Part shown: piece after piece, positions 46,639-56,500 of the stretch | Layout of the letters: every line of letters starts with the position of its first letter | How positions within the stretch are numbered: the stretch's first letter is position 1 | Source: Abditibacterium sp. | GTDB lineage: Bacteria > Armatimonadota > Abditibacteriia > Abditibacteriales > Abditibacteriaceae | Assembly: GCA_965199495.1 (NCBI GenBank) | Contig: CBDASK010000003.1 | Span: 3,488,001 to 3,552,000, forward strand | Direction of reading: 5' to 3' | Length of the DNA: 64,000 bases | The notes under the pieces: model-generated | What the model saw: only the letters and a program-made list of their open reading frames with translations | The model's database searches: none | Told to the model about the DNA's origin: nothing | Made by a program: the position numbers and the translations under genes

Positions 46639-47484
46639 ATGCTCCAAAAACTCTTCGTCCAGTCCGCTCCAACGCTCGCGCCCAAACGCGCGCGACGTTT
46701 GGAACCGTTGGCGCTCTTGCTCCCCAATCGCGTCGTCGCGCGGCCACTTTTAGTTCTTGTCGCCGTCGCCGAAGCGATGATTTTTCTCGCACTCTGGATC
46801 GCTTCGCCGTTCAAAGTTTTGCCCAATCCGCTCGACGTGGCTGCTGCGCTGCAACGACTGTGGCTCGAACAGGGATTGGGCCGCGAACTCGCCACCTCGT
46901 TCGCGCTCAATCTCGAAGCGTTGATAATTGCTTCGATTCTGTCGCTGGGATTGGCTTACCTCACGGTTTTCCCGTTTATGCGACCGCTTGTCGCGGCGCT
47001 CAGCAAAGGCCGCTTTTTGTCGCTAACCGGATTCACGCTCCTATTCACGCTCGCGCTGGGCGGCGGACACGCGCTGAAACTGGGATTATTGGTCTTCGCC
47101 GTCACGGTGTTTTACCTGACTTCGATGGCGTCGGTGATTCAATCCATCCCGCGCAGCGAATTCGATCACGCGCGCACCTTGCGCATGAGCGAGGCGCGCG
47201 TGACATGGGAAGTCGTAATTCTCGGCACGCTTTCGCAGGCGTTTGAAGTGTTGCGTCAAAACGCCGCCATCGGCTGGATGATGCTCACGCTTGTGGAAGG
47301 CATCGTGCGCGGCGAAGGCGGCATCGGCGCGATGCTGTTGAACGAGAACAAACATTTTTTGATCGCCGAAGTTTTCGCCATTCAACTGGTGATTTTGAGC
47401 TTCGGCCTGATGCAGGATTACGGACTGCAACTGTTGCGCAAATTGGCGTGTCCCTACGCCGATTTGACGCTTGAACGCCGATGA
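46639..47484 (+). CDS. ABC transporter permease (SsuC/TauC-like)
   Basis: LPNPLDV, DHARTLRMSE (EAA-like), AIGWMMLTLVE, GGIG; start uncertain (GTG at 46600 possible). Confidence 0.88.
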   Translation: MLQKLFVQSAPTLAPKRARRLEPLALLLPNRVVARPLLVLVAVAEAMIFLALWIASPFKVLPNPLDVAAALQRLWLEQGLGRELATSFALNLEALIIASILSLGLAYLTVFPFMRPLVAALSKGRFLSLTGFTLLFTLALGGGHALKLGLLVFAVTVFYLTSMASVIQSIPRSEFDHARTLRMSEARVTWEVVILGTLSQAFEVLRQNAAIGWMMLTLVEGIVRGEGGIGAMLLNENKHFLIAEVFAIQLVILSFGLMQDYGLQLLRKLACPYADLTLERR

Positions 47485-48308
47485 ACTATCTTTACGAAAC
47501 GCGCGAGACGTTGCTGCAAATCGAGAACGTCTCGTTTTCGCACGGGCCAAACCTGATTTTGCGCGATGTCGATTTGACCGTCAAAAACTTGGTGCGTCCC
47601 GAACTGCAACAGGGACAAGTCGTCGCTTTGCTCGGCCCATCGGGTGTCGGCAAAACGACATTATTGCGTTTGTTGGCCGGACTCGAAACGCCCGACGCGG
47701 GCACGATTTGCCTCTCGGATGGAAAGCCAATCGCGCGTGGACAAATCGGCGTTGTGGCTCAGCATTATCCGTTGTTTGCGCATCGAACCGTGCTGAGCAA
47801 CTTAATCGTCGCCGGAAAACAGGCACATTTGGGCGGACGCGAAGCGCGCAACAAAGCCGTCGAATTGTTGGATCGATTCGATTTGCGCGAGCAATCTGAG
47901 CAGTTCCCGTCGCAACTGTCGGGCGGGCAGCGCCAACGCGTCGCAATCGCTCAACAGTTCATGGGCTGCGATGGGTTTCTGTTGTTGGACGAACCGTTTT
48001 CGGGCTTGGACATCATCGCGCAAGACGCCGTGATTCGGTTTATCGCCGAAATGGCAAGTCGCGACGAGAAAATGACGTTTTTGGTGATTACCCACGACAT
48101 CGCGGCGGCGATGCAGATCGCTGACACGATTTATCTAATGGGCCGCGACCGCGACGCCGACAACAGCAGCCACGCCGTGCCGGGCGCGCGCATTCAGGAA
48201 CGTTACGACTTGGCCGCGCGCGGTTTGGCGTGGCGGCCCAACATCGTGGAGTTGCCGGAGTTCGATGAACTGCGCCACGAAATTCGGGCGCGCTTCGCGA
48301 GTTTGTAG
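47481..48308 (+). CDS. ABC transporter ATP-binding protein
   Basis: GPSGVGKT, LSGGQRQR, LLLDEPF, ITHD; ATGA overlap with the permease. Confidence 0.96.
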   Translation: MNYLYETRETLLQIENVSFSHGPNLILRDVDLTVKNLVRPELQQGQVVALLGPSGVGKTTLLRLLAGLETPDAGTICLSDGKPIARGQIGVVAQHYPLFAHRTVLSNLIVAGKQAHLGGREARNKAVELLDRFDLREQSEQFPSQLSGGQRQRVAIAQQFMGCDGFLLLDEPFSGLDIIAQDAVIRFIAEMASRDEKMTFLVITHDIAAAMQIADTIYLMGRDRDADNSSHAVPGARIQERYDLAARGLAWRPNIVELPEFDELRHEIRARFASL

Positions 48309-48319
48309 GTTTTGCTAAA

Positions 48320-48442
48320 TGTAGAGACACCGACCGGGTGCCCCTTGGGCGGATGTCTAAAAAGGTAATGAACCCGCTAATTCTAAAGCAAGTTCGACGT
48401 TTTAGACATCCGCCCAAAGGGCACCCAGTCGGTGTCTCTACA
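48320..48442. repeat. GTAG-type REP doublet related to 3636-3729, carrying a GGGTGCCCYTTGGGC module
   Basis: TGTAGAGACACCGAC...GATGTCTAAA inverted arms. Confidence 0.85.
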
Positions 48443-48517
48443 AGTGGATCGGCGACCGTTGGAATATATAAAGCCGATTTTCAGTAAAATAACCATACGG
48501 CATTCGCCGTTTCTTCG

Positions 48518-49348
48518 ATGAAAAACCGTTATCTGGCCGCGTTGCAGGAGCAATATAATTTGTTGGGTATCGGTTCTATCGCGGCGGTCTCGGCGGCGAT
48601 GGTGAGTCCACTGCCGCTTTTGGTCGGTCTGGTTGTCGAGGCGGCGTATCTGATTTTTGTGCCCGACAGCAAATGGTATGCGGCGCGTTTATCGCGCCAG
48701 CACGATGCCGAGATTCAGGCGCAACGCGACAAAATCAAAGCCGAGATTTTGCCTCAACTGCGACCTCCACTGCAAAAGCGTTTCGCCAAGCTGGAAGAAG
48801 ATCGTGCCGATATTGACAAGCAAGTCGCCGACGATAAAGTTTGGATGATGGAAGTCGTGCGCAAACTCGATTATCTGTTGGACAAATTTTTGCAATTTGC
48901 GCTCAAAGACGAACAATTTCGCGTTTATTTGTATGAAGCCCGTCTGGAAAAGTTGGGTGGCAACAACAAACGCCCGCCCGAACCGACCGACCAATGGGCG
49001 CGCGAAACTGTCGGCTTGCTTCAACAAGATTACGATAAAGACATCGCCGAATTGACCGCGCAATTCGAGCGCGAAACCGACGAAAACACCGGCGCGGTTT
49101 TGCAAAAGCGCCTCGAAGTTTTGCAAAGGCGGCGCGAGTTCGTGGCGCGCATCGGAAAAATCGTAGTGAATTTGTCCCAACAGTTGCACCTTTTGGAAGA
49201 TACTTTTGGTCTGATCAACGACGAACTGTTGGCGCGTCCGCCCGAACAGGTGTTGGGCGACATCGAAGACGTGGTGTCACAGACCAAAATCATGACCGAC
49301 GTTTTGGAAGAAATGGCGCCTTACGAACGGATGTTGGCCTCGATATGA
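48518..49348 (+). CDS. Hypothetical membrane protein (N-terminal hydrophobic hairpin plus helical coiled coil)
   Basis: 276-aa ORF co-oriented within the cluster. Confidence 0.85.
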   Translation: MKNRYLAALQEQYNLLGIGSIAAVSAAMVSPLPLLVGLVVEAAYLIFVPDSKWYAARLSRQHDAEIQAQRDKIKAEILPQLRPPLQKRFAKLEEDRADIDKQVADDKVWMMEVVRKLDYLLDKFLQFALKDEQFRVYLYEARLEKLGGNNKRPPEPTDQWARETVGLLQQDYDKDIAELTAQFERETDENTGAVLQKRLEVLQRRREFVARIGKIVVNLSQQLHLLEDTFGLINDELLARPPEQVLGDIEDVVSQTKIMTDVLEEMAPYERMLASI

Positions 49349-49461
49349 GGGACAAGTGGCAAGGAGCAGGGAACAAGGATGTGTCGAGCGATTGTATCTT
49401 CGCCCGATAGTTATAATTTCTGCCCTTGCGCCGTGTTCCTTGCCCCTTATCCCCTGTCCCT
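49348..49461. repeat. Inverted heptamer tandem arrays (AGGGAAC/AGGGGAC-like)
   Basis: Same family as 17661-17756 and 50154-50256. Confidence 0.7.
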
Positions 49462-49470
49462 AAAATTACT

Positions 49471-50190
49471 ATGTCCCTGCGCGATACTTTGCGAAAAGCG
49501 GCGAGCCTGGTCGTCGAACTGCCGCCGCAAGCCACCGAACTCGATTTGAAGTCGAGCGATATTGATCTCGACGATTGGCCCGACACCGATTTGCCCGCCG
49601 ACGCGCGCTTGCCGGGCGCCGTGGCTGCATCGCCGACTGGCTCGCAAACCATCGCACAGTTGGTGCGCAAAGCGGACGGGCCAAATCTCGATCAAATCGA
49701 AATTACGCAGGTGCCCGCTGGTGCCGTGGGCGAAAACGCGCTCGATTTCGCGGCGATTTACGCGGCGGCGAAATTGCCAAAGACGCCGTTTGGCGCCGAC
49801 GAAATGTTGAATGTTTTGGGTTCGATGCCCGCCGATGTGCCGTTGCAAACCAAACGCGTCACGGTCAAAGCGGTTTTGGGCGGCATGGCGGGCATGGGCG
49901 CGTCACCCGAAAACATCGTGGCCGATGCTTCGCGTAAACTGGCGGCGCTGCAAGCGTTTCATGGCTTTATGGAGCGCAAGACAAACGAAACTCTCGAAAA
50001 CGGTCGAAGTCAAATCGCCGAACTCGAACGTCAAATCGAAGCGCATCGTCAAGCGATGCAGAACGCGCAAAGCGAATTGGCGCGCGTCACGCAAGGTTGC
50101 GAGAGCGAAGCCGAAAAATTAAACGAAGTGCTGGAATTTTTCAGCCTCAACTTAGGGGACAAGGAGCAAGGAGCAGGGGACAAGGTTTGA
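49471..50190 (+). CDS. Hypothetical protein with C-terminal coiled coil
   Basis: ATG at 49471; FAAIY...ENIVADASRKLAAL...coiled coil. Confidence 0.82.
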   Translation: MSLRDTLRKAASLVVELPPQATELDLKSSDIDLDDWPDTDLPADARLPGAVAASPTGSQTIAQLVRKADGPNLDQIEITQVPAGAVGENALDFAAIYAAAKLPKTPFGADEMLNVLGSMPADVPLQTKRVTVKAVLGGMAGMGASPENIVADASRKLAALQAFHGFMERKTNETLENGRSQIAELERQIEAHRQAMQNAQSELARVTQGCESEAEKLNEVLEFFSLNLGDKEQGAGDKV

Positions 50191-50256
50191 GCGCGCGACA
50201 TCACTTCCAACTTCCCAATCGCTGACCCTGTTCCCTGTTCCTTGCCACTTGTCCCT
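50154..50256. repeat. Inverted heptamer tandem arrays
   Basis: AGGGGACAAGGAGCAAGGAGCAGGGGACAAGG versus CCCTGTTCCCTGTTCCTTGCCACTTGTCCCT. Confidence 0.7.
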
Positions 50257-50264
50257 TTAACACT

Positions 50265-51026
50265 ATGTTCAAACGAATTTCCAATCTTTTTAGCGCGATA
50301 ATGAACGCCTTCGTTTCGGGCGCCGAGCGCGCCAATCCCAAGATGATGCTCGAACAGGAAAAAGAAAACCTGCGCAAGCAAATCGCGAATTATAATCAGG
50401 GTTTGGCCGCGCACGCCGGTTTGTGCGAGCGCCTGATGACGCAGGTCAAAAAAGACGAGGCGCTCGAAAAAGATTTGCGCGCCAAAACGACCGCCAACCT
50501 GCGCGCGGGCAACCGCGAATATGCCGGACAACTCGCGCTCCAACTGCAAGCCACGTCGGCGCGCTTGCAAGAAAATAGCGCGCAATTGGCCGAAGCCGAG
50601 ACGACTTATAAAGAGTTGGTTAAGGCGCGCGACGTTTCGATTCAGGGCGCCAAGAAGAAAATCGAAGATTTGAAATACGCGATTTCCGACATGGAAGTCA
50701 AGAAAGCGACCGCCGAAATGACCGAAATGGCGAGCGGAATGATCTCCTCGATTGGCGGTAGTGGCGACACCTTGAATCGTTTGGAAGAGATGGTCGGCGA
50801 AGAGCGCGAGAAAGCGGCGGGCCGCGCCCGCGTCGCGCGCGATAGTCTGAATACGACCGATTTTCAAATGGCCGAGGCCGAACAGCACGCTCTGGCCGAT
50901 CAAGCTCTGGCCGATTTCGCCGCCGCCGAAGGCATGGCGCTCGACCCGGTGATGCCCAAAGATACCAACGCCACGCCCGCACTGAATAAGCAGATGGGGC
51001 CGCCGGATCAAATCGAATTGAGCTGA
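50265..51026 (+). CDS. PspA/IM30 (ESCRT-III-like) family protein
   Basis: Amphipathic MFKRISNLF, NPKMMLEQ, long coiled coil, LNRLEEMV.EE...A.GRA. Confidence 0.9.
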   Translation: MFKRISNLFSAIMNAFVSGAERANPKMMLEQEKENLRKQIANYNQGLAAHAGLCERLMTQVKKDEALEKDLRAKTTANLRAGNREYAGQLALQLQATSARLQENSAQLAEAETTYKELVKARDVSIQGAKKKIEDLKYAISDMEVKKATAEMTEMASGMISSIGGSGDTLNRLEEMVGEEREKAAGRARVARDSLNTTDFQMAEAEQHALADQALADFAAAEGMALDPVMPKDTNATPALNKQMGPPDQIELS

Positions 51027-51041
51027 TTGATTCAATGCGTA

Positions 51042-51078
51042 ACGAAAACCCGTCGCGAATTTCGCGGCGGGTTTTTCG
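51042..51078 (+). terminator. Intrinsic terminator after the pspA-like gene
   Basis: AAAACCCGTCGCGAA/TTCGCGGCGGGTTTTT. Confidence 0.8.
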
Positions 51079-51081
51079 CTA

Positions 51082-51232
51082 TGCTCCGTAGGTTTCACCT
51101 ACGGCAGAGGGCGCGAGCACCGGACGTGCTTCGCACTCTTGAAATTAAATATTTCGAGGGTCTTTCCGAATTTTCAAGTGCGAAGCACGCCCGGCGTTCG
51201 CGCCCTCTGCCGTAGGTGAAACCTACGGAGCA
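51082..51232. repeat. Long inverted repeat with internal CCGTAGG-TTTCA-CCTACGG hairpin
   Basis: About 55-bp arms TGCTCCGTAGGTTTCACCTACGGCAGAGGGCGCG...GTGCTTCGCAC and inverse. Confidence 0.85.
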
Positions 51233-51254
51233 GGGAAAGCCCTATCCCTATTTT

Positions 51255-51863
51255 ATGAACCTCGCCCGCATCTTCACCGCCATCCATCGCCGCGCGCGTT
51301 TAATCTATTTGCGCACCCGTTTTCCTCGCGCGAACTTTGGCGCGCGCAACGATATTCGGTCTGGCCTCAAACTGCGACTGGCGCCCGATGCAAAGTTTCA
51401 AGTTGGCGCTGGCTGCATTTTGGATTACGATACGACTATCGAATGTTCCGGCACTCTGAACATCGGCGAACGGGTGATTTTCGGGCATCATTGCACCATT
51501 GGCTGCAAAGAACGCATCGAAATCGGCGACGATTGTCTGCTGGCGGAAATGGTTTCGATTCGCGATCACGATCATAATTTCGAGAGCTTGATCATTCCGA
51601 TTCGCGCGCAGGGCGCGACTTGCGCGCCCGTGAAAATCGGGCGCGACGTTTGGCTGGGCGCCAAAGTGACGGTTCTCAAAGGCGTAACGATTGGCGATGG
51701 CGCGATTATCGGTGCCAACGCCGTTGTCACTCGCGATATTCCCGCGCTGGCGATTGCCGTCGGCATTCCGGCGCGCGTAATTCGGATGCGCGATGGTTCT
51801 CCATTAGCCACAGAGGACACAGAGGACGCACAGAGAAAAACAGAGAGAACGAAGGAATTGTAA
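51255..51863 (+). CDS. Hexapeptide-repeat (LbH) acyltransferase
   Basis: IEIGDDCLLAEMVSIRDHDH, VKIGRDVWLGAKVTVLKGVTIG, AVGIPARVI. Confidence 0.93.
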   Translation: MNLARIFTAIHRRARLIYLRTRFPRANFGARNDIRSGLKLRLAPDAKFQVGAGCILDYDTTIECSGTLNIGERVIFGHHCTIGCKERIEIGDDCLLAEMVSIRDHDHNFESLIIPIRAQGATCAPVKIGRDVWLGAKVTVLKGVTIGDGAIIGANAVVTRDIPALAIAVGIPARVIRMRDGSPLATEDTEDAQRKTERTKEL

Positions 51864-51956
51864 ACCAAAAGAATATCGAATTTTGACTATCTTTTCCTTT
51901 TTTCTTCGTTCCCTCTGTTTTTCTCTGTGCGTCCTCCGTGTCCTCTGTGGCTAATG
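51802..51956. repeat. CACAGAG-unit inverted repeat (variant of the GxxExxY-flanking family)
   Basis: 53-bp arms 51802-51854/51904-51956 with two mismatches. Confidence 0.85.
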
Positions 51957-51978
51957 AATATCATACTCTATTCACTTT

Positions 51979-53304
51979 ATGATTCATCTCGTTTTGAAGC
52001 CGCACCGCGATAATTTGCACGCGGGCACGACCGATTTGCAGAAATTATTCGTGTTGCTCAAAGTGATTCCAACGGCAGCGTTATCGCAGGTGCGCCCGCC
52101 TCTGGCGCTGGCGGTCGTGATTGACACCAGCGGCTCGATGCGCGATGGTGTCGGCGCTTCCAAGTTGGAGCAAGCCGTATCAGCCACGGCGGCGATTTTG
52201 AGCGATCCGCGTTTGTCGCCCAATGATTTGGTGACGCTCGTTCAATTCGACGATGTCGCCCGCGTCATTTTGCCGCTTTGCCCGTTGGGCGATGGGCAAA
52301 GCGCGCGCGCGGCGTTGAAACGATTCGAGGATTATTCGGGCGGCACGCAGGTCGGCCAGGGATTATTGGCGGCGCGCCACGAACTTTCGCGCATCGAGCA
52401 GGGCGGCGTGGCTCAACGCGTGCTGCTGCTCACCGACGGTCAGGCGTTCGACCCGCAGGATTGTCGCGTGGCGGCGGGGCAGTTGGCGCAACTCAACGCG
52501 CCGCTCGTGACGATTGGCGTGGGCGACGATTACAACGAAGAGTTGCTGCGCGATTTGGCCGAAATCGGGCGCGGGCGGCCCTATCACATGGAAGCGATGG
52601 AGCGGTTGGGCGAGATTTTTCAACTCGAAGTTCAAAGCTCGTTGCGCGAAGTCATCACCGATTTAAAAGCGCAAATCCAAACCGTCGCGGGCGTCAAACT
52701 CGACAGCGTGACGCGGGTTTACCCCGATTTGGCCGAAATGCACGTCGTCGGCGCGGGTGAGAAAATGAACGATGTCGCGCTGGGCAATGTGCAGGCGGGC
52801 GATTATACCGTCTTCGTTTTGGAACTCACGCTCGAAGGCCGCGCCCGCAACGAAGGCCGCGCGCGCTTGGCACAACTCAAATTATCAGGCGCCGTTCCCA
52901 ACTCGGCGAGCGCGGTCGAATCGCCGGTTGAAGATATTGTCGTGGCGTTTAGCGCCGAAGAAGAGGCCGCCGAAACCGTGGACGAAGAAGTTTTGGGCTA
53001 CGTCCAGCAGCGCAACGCCGACCGGTTGGTGCAAAATGCGCTACGCCTCGCGCCCGGCGATTTGTCCGCCGCGCGCGCTTCGCTGCAAAGCGCGCTCGAA
53101 CTGACCAAACGCATCGGCAACCCCGCCGTGACGCGCTTGCTGCAAGATTCGCTTGACGAACTGGCCGACCGGGGCAAATTGTCGTCGGGCACGCGCAAAA
53201 CTATCGCATTGGAAACGCGCACGCGCACCATTAAAACGCAAAGCGCCGACGCGCTCTCGGATGTGCCGGGCGAAGACGAAATTCGGCGCTTGACGGGCGC
53301 GTAG
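51979..53304 (+). CDS. vWA domain protein
   Basis: VIDTSGSM (MIDAS), GGT, LLTDGQ, IGVGDDYNEELL. Confidence 0.93.
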   Translation: MIHLVLKPHRDNLHAGTTDLQKLFVLLKVIPTAALSQVRPPLALAVVIDTSGSMRDGVGASKLEQAVSATAAILSDPRLSPNDLVTLVQFDDVARVILPLCPLGDGQSARAALKRFEDYSGGTQVGQGLLAARHELSRIEQGGVAQRVLLLTDGQAFDPQDCRVAAGQLAQLNAPLVTIGVGDDYNEELLRDLAEIGRGRPYHMEAMERLGEIFQLEVQSSLREVITDLKAQIQTVAGVKLDSVTRVYPDLAEMHVVGAGEKMNDVALGNVQAGDYTVFVLELTLEGRARNEGRARLAQLKLSGAVPNSASAVESPVEDIVVAFSAEEEAAETVDEEVLGYVQQRNADRLVQNALRLAPGDLSAARASLQSALELTKRIGNPAVTRLLQDSLDELADRGKLSSGTRKTIALETRTRTIKTQSADALSDVPGEDEIRRLTGA

Positions 53305-53322
53305 TTTTTATCGGACTCTTAT

Positions 53323-53491
53323 CCACACCCCTCTGTCCTACGGACATCTCCCCCTCCGAAAGGGGGAGAGGCGCTCGAAACCTCGGCATCGCCGCAACTT
53401 GCGCGAGTAATGAACGGTTCATGTGCATTCTCCCCTTTTGGAGGGGGCGGGTGCCCTTTGGGCGGATCGCGGAGCGACAGAGGGGGTGTGG
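53323..53491. repeat. Degenerate inverted repeat of the 42125-42376 family with a GGGTGCCCTTTGGGC insertion
   Basis: CACCCCTCTG...ATCTCCCCCTCCGAAAGGGGAG and inverse. Confidence 0.8.
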
Positions 53492-53579
53492 GTCATGCCT
53501 ACCAAAACATTAGCAAATCCTTAATCATTGCGATAAAATATGACAAGCGGCTTTGCGCTGCACAAACATCCGACGTTCG

Positions 53580-56500
53580 ATGAATTGCCCCCTCTGTCAA
53601 TCCGCTAATCCCGCCGAGACCCGGCGCTGCCGCGCGTGTGGCGCGGCGTTGAAATCTCAATCGAGTGCAAACGGCGCGGCGCATTTGCCCGATGCGTTGC
53701 CCGATGGCGCCCTGCTCATCGGCACCTACGCCGTCGAAGGCGTGTTGGGTCAGGGCGGGTTTGGTATTACCTATCGCTCGCACGACCAAATGTTAGATCG
53801 GCACGTCGCGATCAAAGAATTTTTCCCGTCCGGTTGCCGCCGCGAAAACGCCGAAGTGTGGCCCGCACGCGGATTATCCGACACCGATTATCGTGAGGCG
53901 CGCGCGCAGTTTTTGGCCGAGGCGCGCGTTTTGGCGCGTTGCCATCACGCGGGCATCGTCAGCGTGCATACGGCGTTCGAGGCCAACAAAACCGCCTATA
54001 TGGTGATGGAAATGCTGCACGGCAAGACGCTGGCGCAACTCATCACGGCGCGCGGTGGCCGCATGAACGAAACCGAAGCCGTCGAGATCATCGAGCGCGT
54101 CGGCGACGCGTTGGGTTTCGTTCACGATTTGGATTTGCTGCACCGCGACATCAAGCCCGATAACATTATCGTGTGCGACGATGGCCGCGTGATGTTGATT
54201 GATTTCGGCACGGCGCGCGAGTTCGTCAAAGGTCAGGCGCAGGGCCAAACCGTCGTCGTCACGCCGGGCTACGCGCCGCTCGAACAATATGCCAAACAGG
54301 CCAAGCGCGGCGCTTTTACCGATATTTACAGCTTGGCCGCGACGCTCTATCATCTGCTGACGGGCCAGATGCCGCCGTCGGCTTCGGATCGAGCGATGGG
54401 CGTGCAATTGCGGCCCGTGCGCGAGTTCAATCCGAACGTGAGCGCGAGCGTGGCTTATGCGACCGAAACCGGGTTGCGAATGGAAATCGCCAAACGCCCG
54501 CAGAGCGTGACCGAATTTCTCGATTTGCTGCACGCGCCCGTTCCGCAAGTCGAAGCCGAACCGCTTTTCCAATCGCGATTAATTGATTTATCGCTCGACG
54601 AAGAGGCCGATGCCGACGCGAATTTGTTGCCGCCGACGCTTCCGCCCGATGCCGTGCGCGCGCGCCAGCAATTGTGGCAAAGCGCGATGCCCTCCGCCAA
54701 CGCGCAACCGGTGCAAATCGCGCCGCAACGCGTGTTCGACCCCAATGGACAACCGACTGCGCCTGTGCCGCCGTCGGCTTATAACCCGGCGAGCGGACGC
54801 ATTCAGGTCCAAACTTCCAACGACTCCGACGGTTCGATGGCCGGTTTTTGGTGGTTGCTGGCGATTATCGTGATTATCGGCTTATTTGCTCTCGCGGGTT
54901 CCTCCGGTAGTCGTCGCAATAACTCGCCGTATCCTTCGTCCGGTTCTTCGTCTGGCGGTTATTCGTCCTCTCCCAATTATCGCTCACCAAGCTTTAACCC
55001 GTCGTCTTCGAGCGATTATAATTCGTGGTCTGCCAGCGAACGCGAGATTAAAACTAATGCTGCTCAGGGCGCCTGGGATGTCTTGCCAGTCATCGCTCCG
55101 GCTTCGGTCAAAGAGTTGCCGACAACTAATAACAGCGCCGCTCCACCGATCCAATTTTCTAACATGGGCGGCGGAATCGAATTTTCGCCCGACGGCAAAA
55201 GGTTGGCCTACATTGACGGTCAGGCGGTTTTGCGCGTTTTGCGCTTGCCGGGGCGTCAACTCGTGCGTTCGATCAAACTCGATAAAACTTACCCGCCAAT
55301 TGACGTAAAATTTTCGCCGGATAACGAAACAATCGCGGTGACGCAAAGCAAAAAAGCCGATTCTAACGGACGATATTCAGAAGGCATTCGCGCGGAAATT
55401 TGGAGTTTGCGAAATGGCAAAAAACTGGGGGTTGTTGATGGGAATTCATCAAAAGACTATATCAATCCGCTGGCGATTTTGAATGACGGGCAATTGTTAT
55501 TGCGCAAATTAGCGAGTGGCAACGAAAATATCGAAGTCGCTGCATTGGATCCGAAAACCGGGAAGATTGGCAAAACGCAGGTTTCGTTTCCCAATACCAC
55601 CGAGGTGACGTATAGCGTGATTTCGCCCGATGGAAAAAAGCTCGTCTTTGGCGATTCGCTGGGGCGTTTGCGCTGGCTTGATTTGAAAACCGGAGAGCAA
55701 ATCGCCGAGCATTCCGCTACGATGAGCCAGAGCGATTTATTAAAAAACTTTGGTCGAAGCTATAACGGGAGTGGTGATCCTTCTCTGCCAATAATGGGCA
55801 TTGACTATGCGCTCAACGGCGAGTGGCTGGCCAGTCGCACCGAGGGAGGAATTCAAGTTTTCGATTCTAAAGCTCACGAAGTCGGTTCGCTAATTATTGA
55901 TAACACAGGCCTGTTTTTCTCCATGTCGCCCGATGGACAATGGTTGGCGGCGCGCGGCAGTTTGCCCTATAGTCCCGAAGGCACGTTGCTTTACAACATC
56001 AAGACCAAACAAAAAATCCGATTGGATGCGCCTTACGATACGATGCGCGATTTCGGCTTTTCGCAGGACGGCAAGCAGCTTTATGGCATTTTTGCGGACG
56101 GTGCAAAACAACAGTTCGTTACTTGGAATGTGGATGCGAACGCGAAAGTGGCGGAAACGCCGAGTCTTTTTGCTTACTCCAGCGTCTCTACTTTTACGTC
56201 AATTTCCGGTTCTTTGGCTTCATCGGACGAATATATCGCAATTGTCGGAGAAGACTATGTTGAGATTTGCTTTAACAATGGCTCGTATATGAAAAATTTG
56301 GGTGTATCGGGCGCCTCTGCGATTCTGTTCTCGCCCGACGGCAAACTGTTGGCGGTGCGCAAAAAAGAAGCGGATACGATTCAACTCTGGGATGTGGCTA
56401 ATGGGCAAATGATACGTCAATTGAGTAAAAATACGACGACTTCATCTGCAACAGACATCGGCGAAAAAAACGCGCGTTCGATGGCGTTCTCGGCGGATAA

